A stretch of DNA of 57,668 bases, filler included, from Catajapyx aquilonaris (lineage: Eukaryota), in the NCBI GenBank assembly GCA_000934665.2. It is 2 parts of 2 records of this genome, joined end to end, with 100 filler letters (N's around TTAATTAATTAA, not from the genome) between each part and the next. Parts side by side here need not be neighbours in the genome. Positions count along the whole stretch, not along the records: positions 28,944 to 57,668 come from JYFJ02004879.1; 1 more part is not named here. One strand, given 5' to 3'. Below the pieces are notes generated by a model, which worked only from the letters and a program-made list of their open reading frames with translations, was not told where the DNA came from and searched no databases. Position numbers and translations under genes: made by a program. Shown piece after piece: positions 42,401 to 55,966 of this stretch. How positions within the stretch are numbered: the stretch's first letter is position 1; the number at the start of each line of letters is the position of its first letter.

Positions 42401-45400
42401 CCATGCGAATAACATGCAAATGTAACACAAACCGCAAGGTTATACGCAAAGGTTGGCTTGGAAGAAAAGCAACGATATAATAATATACGACGTCTTGGAG
42501 AAACACAGTGACGCGAAAGGAAACAGGATAATATCTGCCTTTTCCCCGAATCCACTCTTCTTTTTTTTTTTGCACATCTTCAGTAGTCACAAAGCTCGGA
42601 TTAAGGTTTCCATTAGTAAAACGGGATCATTGTATTTCTTCGGGGTTCCCTGCTCTTTCCCACACGCCATAATCGTTATACCACAGCACTGGAGGTGAAA
42701 ATGCTCTCTGAGCCCCCTGCCTTTATAGACGGCTGTAATGAAGTCACGACCGAGGATTTCTGACTCTAGACTATAATATTGTCTGGTGTGCCAGGTGCCA
42801 AGGACGTGACTCGTCTCATTTGCAGTCAAGCAGCAAAACGACAGATATCAATGCCAATTACGCGTTTACCCTCCTTGAATGTGACGCAGATTAGATGTAT
42901 ACTGTACAGTCCTGTGTATGTACGGTGCATCCAGAGTTCTTTATATTTCATAGTGTACGAAGCATAAGGGATTAATTTTTCAACAAGAGTACCTCATCTA
43001 AATAATGTGTTTACTCTCGACAATGTAGGAGCCCATTCAAAAAATAATGTCGATTGGCAATAATTTTTTTTTTACAACTCCTTCAACATTCAACGAGGCT
43101 CAATTTACAAAATTCTCAGAGTAAGTTCGGAGATGCCCTCAAAATTGGAATGCCAGTTAAAGGCCGGTCTGGTCCTGACAGTGTAAGCCTCTTAGGCAGA
43201 GTCTAGATTTGGAGCTCAACTTGAGCATTATTCAGCCTTCAATCCGAGTCGGTCGCGCTCTATTCGGGTGCGAAACCTAGCTCGCAATTTACGCAACCGA
43301 TGCATCACCTAAGCTAGGACGAATGCTAAAAGCCTCGTCTCTCCTGCTTTTCTGTGGTGTGTTCTCCTCACATGCTTGAATAGCACTCCTTGAACTATGA
43401 AAAACGGTCCGGGAAATCCTCAGAAATCATGATGTTACCACAGACTCCAGAATTTCTAAAGGACCTTCGGCATGTGCACTGAAACATCTCACAGGTCTTG
43501 GATGCTGCTACTAGGGCCCTGATTGACCACACAGAGAGACATTCTGGATGTGGCCCAGTATGAAATTGATATTTGTTTATTCATTTATTTGTTAATTTTA
43601 ATTGTTAGATTAATTAGTGTGACAGCCCCATGTTACTTTGGAGGTAAATGTTTATTAACTCCATAGACACGTAATTAGGACTATTCAGTGTATCTCTTAG
43701 TACATTTTCATGTAGTGCAAAGCAATGGGGCCTAACTAATTAAATTTTCCCATGCAATTATTCGAGCTGAGTGGGCCAAATGCAGGCGCGTTTCCGCTCA
43801 CACTGAACCGGCAGAATATTCTCGTCTCATTTTGTATCATGGGTTTAAAATGTACGGTTTCCCTAATGAAGCCCAGTTCCAAAAGTAAACATGCTCCTTT
43901 TAAAAAAACTATCAAATATAGACTCTTCTAACAAACGGCGGCATTAATATTGATGGATGACCAAATGATTCACACCACCTCAAAAAATGCATTAACGAAT
44001 TTACAAGTTGTATACTGTAAGTACTGCACTATTTTTGTCAATTACATTTATCAGCACTAGCCCAAGATGAAGTCTAGCGCATAATAAATTAAATTCTGCT
44101 GTACATAGCACATGAAACGTTTCAGTTTTAATTAATTGTAAAAAATATTACGGCGAAAGATTTCATTATTGTAATAAATAAATTAAGCTGTGATTTTCGT
44201 CAGATTCAACACGACTCAACACTAATGAAAAATTAACATTATGGGTGATACACCCTCGAGGAAATTTTTTAAACGATGAGAATGTTTTGCAACACCTTTT
44301 GCTCGACCTGGGTGGCATTGTTCAGTATGTTATACACAACTCGGTTTTCTCCTCCATCGACAAGCCCAGTAAAAATTTGCATACCCCGCTGGTCTCCGGA
44401 AGATAAGGCCGTTTCGGCTCACAACGATGCGAATTATGTACCTGAGCACGACTTTCAAATTCCAGCCACAAATCAGATGCAATGTTCCTTTCGCAGTGCA
44501 CTATACTGAACATTAAGGATTCAATTTCGCGCTCCAGCGGGTCTTGACTGCAGGTTATATTTATAATGCTTCGTGGAACGCGTGAATACGCTTCCACAAT
44601 GCATAAAGAACACGCTACGATGACCCGAAAAATTGCTTACAGGTCATTAAAAATTGGGGGGGCTCCACAAGTAACGAGGTGATCACTTGGGAGTAAATGC
44701 ACATTGTACAACGAAGGGAACCTGACGTTGGATATATAGATAGTCACATAGTGCTAATACATGGGAAATCCATTGCTGTCAAGGATAAACCTATCAACGT
44801 CATCATATTATTTCGCCGCATTAAAGATAGTGCTAATGAAAATAAATCAAGCTGATATTTGACCCAAAATTCGCGTTGTATTTCTAATTAACTGAGCACT
44901 CCTATAACTGCAACGACATCATTATCGCAGTGATCTAGGCATCAAAGCAACAATAAAGCAACACTCCCGTTAGCCCCTTCTATACACTAATAATAATTAA
45001 TATTGGCAAAGAAAATATTATCATTTGCCTCCATCGACCTATGCAGGCGAAAGGAAGCCAAAGCGTCGTCGAAGGAAATTAGATTCACAATCCCAATGCC
45101 ATCGCAACATTTGCATAACGCTCCAACTCCCCTGATGGAACAAAAATATCTCGCAGCTAATTAGAGAAGAGGAAAAACGAGGCCTGCAGTTTCTCATCGG
45201 TTCATGTGTCCGGTGTGGTTCACTTCCTTTGCAAATGAGTGCAGTTGGACACTCCGAGACGGGCGCCATTTTGAATCCAAAATCATCGTCATATATCAAG
45301 GATTAAAAATCGCATGAAATCTAGATTCCTAAAATCATTACTGCTCTCCTTCAAAAACAGCTGCTTCAAAAGAGTGAGATATTATTTTGTCGCAGAATCC

Positions 45401-48400
45401 GGTTCTTGCGCACTGTGATGTCACGCACTCTTTTAACGCAGCAGGAGTCGATACAAACTCCAAGAGACCCTCCCTCTTTCTTTCCATCTGCCCATCCTTT
45501 CCTCCTCTTCTTTCATTTCGGCTAAATTTCGATATGTCAACCGTCACAAAGAACTCTCCTGTTAAATTTTTATGATCTACTTGGCATTTGGCATCGAGGG
45601 AGGGCCCCCAGAAGAATAGGCGAGACTGGAGTAAAAAAGCTTTCATCCCCCCCTTATAGAACTCTGAAAGAAAACAGCCTTCCCTATTTTTTCCCTTTAG
45701 AGCTGGCAAGCTTGTCTGCCGAAAAGAGAATTTTAATGGCAACATGGCAAATGACTCAGAATGAAAATATACGTCTGTGCCTCTATTTTTCCTCATTGTG
45801 CAAGAAAATTGTATGTGTTATAGAGGTCAATGTTTGTGCAGAAAGTTGCGAACATTTTTAGCGATTATACAGGGTGTTCCAAGTTTGTGGGTCACTTCTT
45901 GATAACTGCTATCGGGCGATATTAGTTATCAAGAAGTGACCCACGAACTTGGAACACCCTGTATTGTGTATTTTTAAGTTCAATGCCCTCCATATACATA
46001 TGCGATTGTTTTAGTATACGGTACATATTGCACCGCAATTTCGTGTCGACTGACAATGCAAAAAGGCAAATGTGCCTTTTGATTAATGAATCCCCCCCCC
46101 CATTTAAAAGCGGTGATTGCAATTTAATATTGCAAGAACCACATTCATCAGCGGTGGAATCGAATACTGGTCAATTTTCAGCCGCTGTAACAAATGAGAA
46201 ATTTTAGTTCCCTATATGACATTTGGGTGTATTTTTAGCCCTTTCATTAATATGTATCTGATACTGTTGTGACTTTTATGATTCCCCCTCACAAAAGTCT
46301 GGGTAAAAACCGCTGACAAAACGACAGTATTCTGCTGCTTGTGTCAGGTGTCAAGGGTACGTCTCATTCAGTCAAACAGCAAAACTGGCAGATATCAACA
46401 TCAATTGCATGCTAGGCCAAATTGGTTGTGACGCAAATAAGACGCATTGCGCAGTGCTCAAGTTTCGAGATGGTAATTTTCTTACAAATTCATGGACTAT
46501 ATAATAACAGCTCGCGGACTCTCCTAGATGTGCACTCAACTAATTGCAAGCCCGCATCAAATAAGTGGGTGCAAGTTTACTGGGTTGAAATATTATATTC
46601 TTGCCTGTACCTTGCAGGGACAACCACTGGAGTTAATTACTTTCAAAGCACATGCTACATTCTGCCAAAACTATCAAATAACATTACATTCCGCGAATTT
46701 GGTGGAAATGTAGCTAATTATAACTGAGAAAACACAATATTCGTTACCAATTCTACATGTATGGTATACGCACATTCTCTTTCTGGGGGGAAAAATAGTG
46801 TGAAATCCTGCCATCTGTTCTAATAGACTGCATAATGCAAACCGGCGCCATGATATAGATACGTCAGATGAGTCATGTGCGAGTAATATATCTCAGTACA
46901 GTACACAGTGCTTTTGTAGTTGGGTAATGCATTTTATGATGGGGTTCGAATTTTTTAATCGCCTTGCCTTTCATTGAAACCAATGGCCATTTGGATTTGT
47001 CTGAAGCACTCACGTGTAGTATATACACACACAGTAACAGAAATCGTTAAACTGCTATTTCGAACACTAGATACCAATTCCGAGAGAGAAATTGGATGAC
47101 AACGGGGGGAAATACGCAAGCCTCCCACACACTCAATAGTCTCCGTTTTATCTCACGCTATTTCTCATGACAAGTGGAATTTACGTGCAGCCGTTTTTTA
47201 CCCCTTTCTGTAAGAGCTTCGAATATCCACACCGCCAACTCCAATATAAACTTTCCCCTATCCTATAAAAAAATGTAGTCAGCTGTAATACCCTAGGACT
47301 TTGTGGTCCATAACTTAAATCCTCCAGTGCAATTGCCTGCGTGAATGTGTGTCCTCACTCGTAAAAATTTATTTAAAACTAGCACGTGACCTTACAGGAA
47401 CGGAATGGAGTGTACTCACCTCCCAGAGCAGCCTGAAATCCCTCTGTTCGACACGCAGCAGTTCGCAGTTCTCCTTGGTGACCACAGTGGCCTCTCTGGG
47501 AGAGTCGTCCAAGATGGACTCTCCGAAAGTGGCCCCGATGCCCAAACTGCACAGGGACGACGCATCCTTCAATAAACATGAGAGAGAAAAATATGTCATC
47601 GCACTGACCTTGCTCCAATCCAATCACCCACAGCGAACGACAACACTGATAAAATCCGCCAATTGAAGTGTCCGTTTCAACCAATTTTATCTATTATTAT
47701 TAACAGCTAATATTTTAAAGTGTGTAAAAAATAACTGGTCAATACTAAGGAGGTTAGTTCGAAGAAATCCCTAATTGAAATGGACATTGAGCAGATTGAT
47801 CAATATTGCCTCACCCTGTAACCAGCGTTATGCACCGCAACCACATTTCGCGCTTGGTTGCGGCCCAATTGAGGAGAAATAACCGGGCCTATTCAGAAGG
47901 GCTAATTGGGGAGGGTACTCATCGGGGGATTAAAACAACCCCCCACCTCTCTTTCCCCCCCTCCCCCAAACTATCGGCAAGCACTGATTGATTGCCCTCG
48001 GAGGATGATGCATCCGCAATTAAGTGATGGAATGCCCAGACGTATTGTTTCCCATTTTGTGGATGGAATACTGCTGGTTAACAAACCGGTTCTGGGTAAT
48101 AGTGCATTGACGTTTCATTAATGTTACGAAGTTTTGGGTTGTCACCAGCAGCACATGCAGGACAGTGCGTGTGGATGGGATCAAACAGATTCGAGGGCCC
48201 TTGTCGGTATTGGGCCTGTCGAGATCAAAAAAAACGCAGGGCTGATGTTGGCAATAAAATATATAGGCTTTAGTGCACTATATTTAGCCGACTGTCGGAA
48301 CAGAAAGGAGAAAAACCCTCGATTCGCTCGCATTTTTCTAGGCCTGCGTCCTGCGGTGGACACAATTTTTTAAACTGCCTATAGAATGTATAGCGAGTGA

Positions 48401-51400
48401 TGATGTCCAACCCCCAATCATATGCATACGTAAATGCGAAAATAAAATATCGTAATTTTTAAATCCCATATTAACATTTTATACGTAGATTGTAGGCTAT
48501 AAAATAATCAGGAATTTCGGAAGTGGAAAATGCTATTAAATCAGTAGGGAAATGTTCTATTATTACATAAAATTACTGATAATATAACAAGGTTAATGCT
48601 TGCTCCTCCATTAACTGTACGGTGCAGTGCCAGGTACTTTTATCCAAAATTTTATGACACACAGTACAGTAGATCATTACACATAATCCCGCAGAGAACA
48701 GTCGTACAGTAAAACAGTGTCGCAAGATGAACCCTCGACGCTCGACATCATCCACGTCCGACCGGCATCAGCTGGGCTGCAGGTCTTCGTGCTTTCCATT
48801 ACGCAAATGACTCATTAACAACCCCCAGGCCTTACAAGACTCCCCCCCCCCCCTCCTCCCCCGCCTTCCCCCCTAGACACACTGTACTCATTACAATTGC
48901 ATGACCCAGCTGCTCCCTGATGGTGACAGAATAACGTGGGGATCATCCCATTAACGATCTGAAATTTACACCGACCCAAAAAGTGGGCTTGCAACACTGC
49001 TTTTAGGTAGCCTATCAGAAAAAAACGCGACGTTTATTCCGCCGCGTTTTAAACGCTCGCTGTCCCAATCTAGCCTGTCGGAGTGAGTTAGCCCCGTATA
49101 TTCCGGGCCACGTCCGTATCCATTACTATCCGAAGTGTCTCATCCAGCTGTAGTGCAACGACACTGAAAAGGTCTCTCCTAACGACCGGCGTAATACTGC
49201 TTCTGCCATTAACCGCTTCATGCTTCTTTGTTTCGGTTTTCGAGCGCCCTTGACGCCCGGGCAAACCATCAAAGTCCAGCACGTGAACTGGAAATTAATC
49301 AGATTCTGTGTCCCACCCGTTACATTAGTAAATAGCTGGCTGAAATATAAAAGACTTTGCCTTTTCGAACCAGTCACATGTGCATGTGGCTGGAAAATTG
49401 ATTCAATAAACGCCATGGAAAGATCCATTTTCATTCAGCATGCTGGCATATATACACGGCACTGCAAGGCGAAGAGTTGAATGTCGAAATTTGAAATTCA
49501 AATACACAATTCGCAATCATGTTTCCAATCAGTTTTTGGAAGTGGCGATCATGTTTCCTGGAGATTTCCATTCGGATTTTATTTTATGACTGTGGATGTT
49601 GAAACCGGATTCAATTTTGCAACTGGCTGCAACAGGCATGTCGAATCACAAAGAGCGGAATTAGATGACAGATGGCAAACACAAGCTTATATTTAAATTT
49701 TTTTGTATAATGCACGCGACATTTTTTTTGCGAAATATATTAAATGCTGCAATGAGACCTCAGGTGATGATGGTCATGTCAACATGTTAAATGCCAAAAT
49801 TGGTACAGAACACATCAAACTATTCCTTCAGGGTTTGGATGCTAAACAGTACCAAACAAACATAATTATATTGACAATATTGCTCGAGTAAACACCGAAA
49901 TTGGACATGTCATGTATGCTTCATGTGGAATAAATTCTACAGGTAATTACTATCGTGGGCTATCTTACCATCAAAATGTAACTTCGGATTTAAATGTCAC
50001 AAATCTACACATGACCTTACAGCTCCGCACAATGACATTTTCCAACCCCCTGCGGCCCATCACCCAACGGTAATCATCACATCCGCGCAGTACCAAAATT
50101 GGCGTACAATGCATACAGGGGGGTAAAGAACTTGCACATTGAAGATCCCCCCCAGGGGGGTTCTTGGTCCAGGCTAGTCCGTACTACAACCACGAGGCCC
50201 GCACCCGGATTGGCTCCTGGTAAATAGCTCGGTTGGCGTTCCATCAAGCCCCGCAGCCTTAAAGAGGGTCATATCCCAAGTTCTCCCGTTGCCAATATCC
50301 AATTAACGGAATGCCATGCGGGCGGCTCCCCGGATCAAGTCTAGCATTTTTTATCCGGCTGAAAAAAAATGGGTTGATCTTATATATAGGGTGGTAAACC
50401 CTATAGTTTCGTCGGGCATGTGTGGGAGAGGAAACGTTTGGAAAAATGGCGCTTAATCAATTGTATCGAATAGGAGTTTTTTTTTGCAGCTAGGAAACAA
50501 TAGAGTTGAGGCTTGCTAATGATTGATCGTCCTGTATCAGTCAGGAAAAAGTTGATCGGCGTTGATAAATTATATGCCGAAGTCAAAGCAGCCGACAAAA
50601 TGAGGTGCTCTAGTTTTGCGGGTTTGATAATTGGAGATAAAAACTGATAATTAAAATTGTTGCCTATGTTGCTAAAAGCTGCTAAAATGCTCAAATTCTC
50701 CAAAAGAAATCATACAAGTTGAACTTTCTGTGAAATGTGGGGCTTAGTCATAAATTTATCGGTTAATTATTATGTAAATTTCGCCAGGCCCAAATCAATG
50801 CAGACTCTTCACCATAATTTAAATATTTGGCTAATTATCATCCCACCGAATTCTCTCGACTTGAACAGTTGAAGTGACACTTCTCTGTTTCAGAATTCAG
50901 CGACGCCGATTTGTCGCTAGAGTGATCAAGCTAATAAATGGCTCGAATTATTCGTCGTTAAATAATGACGTCACGATTTTTTTGGTCAATTAAAGACATT
51001 GACCCAGCCCTTTGTTAAATAGCGCCCAAAATCCTCCACATGACATCATGAATGCCTACACACATATATCCTACGCCCTTTTTCTATGCACTTTATCATA
51101 CATAATAATTATATTAGCTCTCCTCCGGTGACAATATTGACCCAAAAAATTGTCAAAAATTAATGTACAGTACTGTAATGACCTGAAATTTTTATTCGTC
51201 GCAATTTGGACTGTACCCATAAGTTTGCTTCAGGCCAAAGACCCGTTGCAAATAAAAAGCACTAAATCCAATCAACAAATCGCCATTACTTTCAGTTGCG
51301 GTCAAACCTGTGGAGTTTGCACCGCGACAGACCATAAATTGGAATGAACGTTAGCAGGAGGGTCAGGAGTCAAACACTAGAATTCGATCCAAGGGTAAAT

Positions 51401-54400
51401 GTAACACAGGAGCTTCCCCTTTGGGCAGCTCCATCTGTCTGAGGCTCAGGCCCCCAGCAGATGCCCTCGAAACACACGAGACTTACAACCAAGGAGGATC
51501 GATGCCCACAGAAAAAAAAGGACCAGAAAGAAAGGAAATACAAGACAATGTCGGCACTTCCTGCCCTTTTTTTCGGTCGACAAAACAGTGCTTTTGTACA
51601 TTAAATGAGCGCAATTAAAGCTTTACTGTTCCTTTGCAATAAGGATAGCCAGGTTCATGAACAAACGTTGTATTGTGTCATTATTTTTAGGTTGGCCATG
51701 TCATTAGGCTAAATGATTTTAGCCAAAGTTGTGCTCTACAGCCTGACATTGAACGACATCCTCCAGAACCAACCTTGAGCCAGAAATGCGACACACTTAA
51801 TACATGCTCATAAAAAAGCACTTATGATATCAATTGGTTGGCAGCACCACCGTTGCTCCATATGACAATCAGATTTATAAAAAAAACCTCACTTCCGCCG
51901 CTTCTGCTCTAATTATACCCGAGCAACGCATATGCGACACAGCAAACTTTGGGTGCATTCATCTCTGCTCCAAACTTTATTCCCGACGTCTTTTGTTGTG
52001 TAACCAGCAGCGTGGGACATACCGCGTGTTAACACCTTCATTAAATTAACGCTCGCATATTCGCTGAAGCGTGACGGAAAGGAGCGTTAATTGGCTCCCT
52101 CTGTAATTAGGGCACAATGACTAGGGAATTTACAACCCTTGCTTACCACAGGAGTTTTTCTTTTGATGACACAAATAGTGCCAGGTGGGCTCTATAATAA
52201 AGATTGGTTTGCGTGACATATGAGTTGCGTCATATGCATGATGCTGCATTCAGGTGCAATGTACTGTGCGCTCTAATCGTATGCACTCGAAGTAATGGAC
52301 AACATTTACCACGTGTCAACCTTTTCACTTTGAATAAGGCAACCAGGGATCACAAGAAAACACAGAAATCCGACCATATGTTGCACTTTAGGTCGCAAAT
52401 ATTGCCAGCCTAACAGATGAGAACGAAACATCACCTTGGACACATGATAAATGTGCTTTTGTTGCCACATGAAGAAACACGTCGCCGGTACAACTTCACG
52501 TCATGATTTCCCAGTCCTTGTTGTTCCGCAATTCGTCCAGCACCACCACAATAGTAGCGTCCTGTTCGGATCCAGCCTGGCCATTAACTGTTCGCGACAA
52601 TTCACCTTATCCAACACCAGACCACGTCGCAATAATTATCCATAGTCACAATCACAACCTCGGCCAGTTACATTGGCCATAAGGACATGTACATGCGCGA
52701 TAACGTAACCTTCGCCACGAGGGCACAACATGCACTGAAGGCGATGCAGACGTACGGAGCGTCAATGTTTCGTGTACTGTACTCAGGCTCAGGTAGCCTT
52801 GGAAGTTGCGTCTGCATCACACCCTTGATATGAAATATTCATAGTATGGCCTCTGCCGAGTGCTGTTATGAGCTTGGAAAAGGTGCACTTGTCGCATGAC
52901 CAATCAACGCAGGGAAAATTTATTGCCATTTTTGTTTGCATTGGTGTTCAGGGTGCAACAGGTTACATTTCTACGGTCACTAGTATATGACCATAAAAAA
53001 ATAAAAGCAGAAGTGATTTTCATCTCAATCTGATGATTCTCCTAGACATTAATTTTCACTCGATATTTCAATCGAATTCAATACAGTTTGTGATACACTC
53101 AATTTTTTGGAGACGTAATTTAATTCACACACGGAGCTGATGTTTTAATTCAACATAATATGTCTCATCCACCGACGTTGATGACGACGTTCATGACTGT
53201 TGACGTGTTCGTGATGGCTTGACTAGCTCAGTGACAAGTACTGGTAATGCATGTCCGTGATGCAGCAAACTGACATTAGTCAGAGTATATATTGTGCAGC
53301 TTTGTTTACCCCCTCCTTCATCTAGATTTATGCTTGCAATTGACCTGAAAGGTATCTGCCATGATGCCTTTCTCATGTTCCTCGACCGTGCATACATCAT
53401 AACAATGCACTTCGCCATAAATTAACATTTGCTGTAACCTGACGTAACAACAAGACCCAGTTCCCTTACATACTGTAAACAGCAAACCGCACTTGTTTGA
53501 AAATGCAAAACATGTCCTCTGCGAGTGCACAAATTCAGCAGAGAGCGGTCGGAAAACAAGTCGACTAACAAATCTTCGCAGCCGGCTCTATTTAATTATA
53601 CCTGCGTGTATACAGAAGAGGATATAATGCCTCTGAAGCCTCGGCTGCCCGACATTTTCATTCGGTTGCAAAAAAAGCCCCACAGCGGCATGTGGAAATG
53701 AAGTTATTCAAGGGGACACAAAAAGAATGCACGTAGCTGGACAAATCCTCCTATATTTTTTATGACATCCTATTTTGCCCTCCAGAAATTCATCTAGGCA
53801 ATAAATCCCCCAGACTCCACCTGGTCGTTTCATTTTCGTCGATGTGTATACTGTACTGTACATATTGATGTGTCTTTCATATTTTTTTTGAGGATTAGGT
53901 GTTATGTGCCAACCACTTATTTTACATGCCAGCAGTAGCGTGATGATATTGCAGACTGTATGAATAATCAATAGGTATGACGTATTAAGTATTCAGCTCG
54001 TACCTGATTACTGCCAGATAAGTTTCCATATTGATGAGGTCCATCGTATTTTAAACAGGTGGTAAAGCCAGGGGTTCTCAACCTTTTCCTGCGTATCAGT
54101 ATACATATATCGAAATACTTTTGCGCATGTGTATTAACAAGTTTGCGCAGTAGTTGGCATTATTCTCACTGGTAGCTGCATGATAACGTCTATGCATTGA
54201 TTTGAACATCAGGAAGGTGAAAGCACCATAATTATGTTAATATAGGCATCTGTTGAGGAAAAAATTTGCAGACTCAAACAGATCGTAACTCTTTGAGATC
54301 TGACTTACTCCAAGGCTTTATTCTCTACTTCCGGAATGTAGTTCTCGATGTACGAAGGACTATAACCGAATGTTGCGCCATTATTACCATATTGCATTAC

Positions 54401-55614
54401 TATACAGCATATTTTAGAGACGGTGAACCGATGTGGTAAATATTTTACATTACTTTTGCATGCTTCAGAATTCTGAAATATTCAAATTCGCAGAAATTTC
54501 CATTATATCCAGCAGAATTCAGCGTAAAAATTTGTGTAATGTATTACAGGAAACGTCCCAAAGGCATTTTTAGCAACAGGCTTACTTGTTACGCAATGTT
54601 AAGATTATAGTAATCAAAGAATCTGTTTTTTCGCAAAACCCTGCAGGAAATGATAAAAATTACCCTTTATGCTACAAGCCTACGCAGAAAATATTTGCAA
54701 TCTTTAACGTGAGGGGATTCACTCACTTTTGGCGATATTATGCCAGGGCTATCCAAATAAAACTGATATGAAAACGACAGAAAAATAATTTGTAGAGAAA
54801 ATAGACATATTTCACAACACCAAATATTATCCCACAGATCCCTCGTGTGTGTACATTTGTAATGGAGCATAATTTACACGGTTATTCCGCAGCCCTCATT
54901 CCCCAAAACAATTAGAAAATATGCTGAAAATGCCGAGCGTCCGATAATAGGAATCACATTGAAATGCATGCAGAGAGGCGCGACCTTCACCCGCATTCAA
55001 TGATTAATGCAGTAACATTCCCACAATATCCCTGAATAATTCACCCTCCCAACACAAACCACGTGGAATGGACACTTTTTTTTCCAACACCAATCGCGCA
55101 TTAATTTTAAAACGTTATAAACAGCGTCGTTTGCGGAATGATCGAGTACGAAGCAAAGTTTGAGCTCCTGTCGCCTTTGGAACACTTTCATGGCACAAGG
55201 CCATTATTATTGGCAAGGGCAATGTTTGGATGGAGGAAAAAAAAAGCTTCTTGTGGCTCTCCTTTTGAAAGGCTATGCTTTCCACTTCATGCCGATCATT
55301 AATCTCTCCCGTTTCTCTTGTAGTTACGCTGCAATAAATTACCTCCTGAGACCCACTCTGTCGCCTAACGAGGAATTGAGACGCAGGAGATTCTACACCA
55401 TCTTTCGCTGCTTTTGGAGATTGAAGTGATATTACTTTCGGTAACTAAAAACCTCCTCGCCCACAGTTTGTAAAATCACTTTATGCGGTAACGTACTCCA
55501 TGAATAAGACAAGTACTGTACTCACCTCCTCTTTGCCTGTCCTAGACACTAGGACGTCCAACGATCCGGTCAGCACTGCATACCAACTTGTTCCTCGATT
55601 TCCTTGGCGGAATA
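30315..55614 (-). CDS. RAPGEF4: Epac2/RAPGEF4-type cAMP-regulated Rap GEF, partial (9 internal exons: CNBD-A, DEP, CNBD-B)
   Basis: Exons 55526-55614, 47420-47566, 36317-36377, 34020-34204, 31912-32140, 31665-31851, 31455-31600, 31252-31396 and 30315-30494 join in phase with GT-AG ends. Peptides [58 protein letters not shown] and [13 protein letters not shown] match Epac2. The 5' end lies beyond the window and the 3' half was not found. Confidence 0.95.
31252..31396 (-). CDS. RAPGEF4: Epac exon, CNBD-B ([13 protein letters not shown]...[12 protein letters not shown])
   Basis: TTCAAG acceptor, GTAAGA donor. Confidence 0.95.
31455..31600 (-). CDS. RAPGEF4: Epac exon ([26 protein letters not shown]...FESH)
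   Basis: GTCAG acceptor, GTAAGT donor, phase 2-1. Confidence 0.95.
31665..31851 (-). CDS. RAPGEF4: Epac exon ([15 protein letters not shown]...[12 protein letters not shown])
   Basis: TTTGCAG acceptor, GTGAGT donor. Confidence 0.95.
31912..32140 (-). CDS. RAPGEF4: Epac exon, DEP domain ([10 protein letters not shown]...LLEEGVLTH)
   Basis: TTTTGCAG acceptor, GTAAGT donor. Confidence 0.95.
34020..34204 (-). CDS. RAPGEF4: Epac Ser/Pro-rich linker exon ([12 protein letters not shown]...PNPALPVTE)
   Basis: GGCAG acceptor, GAG|GTGAGT donor, phase 1-0, GC-rich open frame. Confidence 0.8.
34546..34783. mobile_element. Small CACT-ended (CACTA/EnSpm-like) MITE with repeated CACTC/GAGTG motifs
   Basis: Ends CACTCTAAATATTTTCGAGTG and CACTCGAATATTTTTAGAGAG; related copy at 35955. 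Confidence 0.6.
35955..36240. mobile_element. Second, diverged copy of the CACT-ended MITE family
   Basis: Starts CACTCTCAGAATTTTCGAGT and shares the TTCGAGTAAT...GAAATTC(A/G)CTCAAAAA block with the 34546 copy. Confidence 0.55.
36317..36377 (-). CDS. RAPGEF4: Epac linker exon ([20 protein letters not shown])
   Basis: CTTTGCAG acceptor, G|GTGAGT donor; phase 0-1 bridges the neighbouring exons. Confidence 0.8.
45870..45961. mobile_element. 92-bp hairpin Tc1/mariner-type MITE
   Basis: TA|CAGGGTGTTCCAAG...CTTGGAACACCCTG|TA; 38-bp arms with one mismatch and a 16-nt loop. Confidence 0.9.
47420..47566 (-). CDS. RAPGEF4: Epac exon, CNBD-A ([19 protein letters not shown]...DFRLLWE)
   Basis: 147 nt, phase 0-0, GTGAGT donor. 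Confidence 0.95.
55526..55614 (-). CDS. RAPGEF4: Epac exon, CNBD-A ([29 protein letters not shown])
   Basis: TTTCAG acceptor, GAG|GTGAGT donor. Confidence 0.93.
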
Positions 55615-55966
55615 CTGAAAGAAAGTAAGAGTAGCATTGCGTAATAAGTACACTGGTTTTATAGACGCCCACGTAGTCCTACTATGTAATCTGACAGCTC
55701 GTTCTGGCTGCAAGAAATCAAACTGACAGGCTGCGTCGTGGATGTAATATACTGCTGGTACTCTGATAGAGCATGTCTCAGAATAATACAGTGCGAGCAA
55801 AGTAACACGCAGTAAATATTAGGCTTATTTACTTTAGAGTCATACAATTTGAGTTTAGCTTGCCAGAATTTGTAATAAGAGAACAGAGGCCTATCATGGA
55901 GTTGTATCATTATCATCCCAAACATGTCGAAATATCTTATATGGCTGTATATGTGGTAGTAGTGTA

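Noticed and set aside
52460..52790. GC-richer intronic patch as an alternative Epac first exon
   Set aside because: Frames are short and the best donor is phase 2, while the next exon needs phase 0.
54069..54090. hAT/Charlie-like end CAGGGGTTCTCAACCTTTT
   Set aside because: Solo terminus with no partner or TSD.
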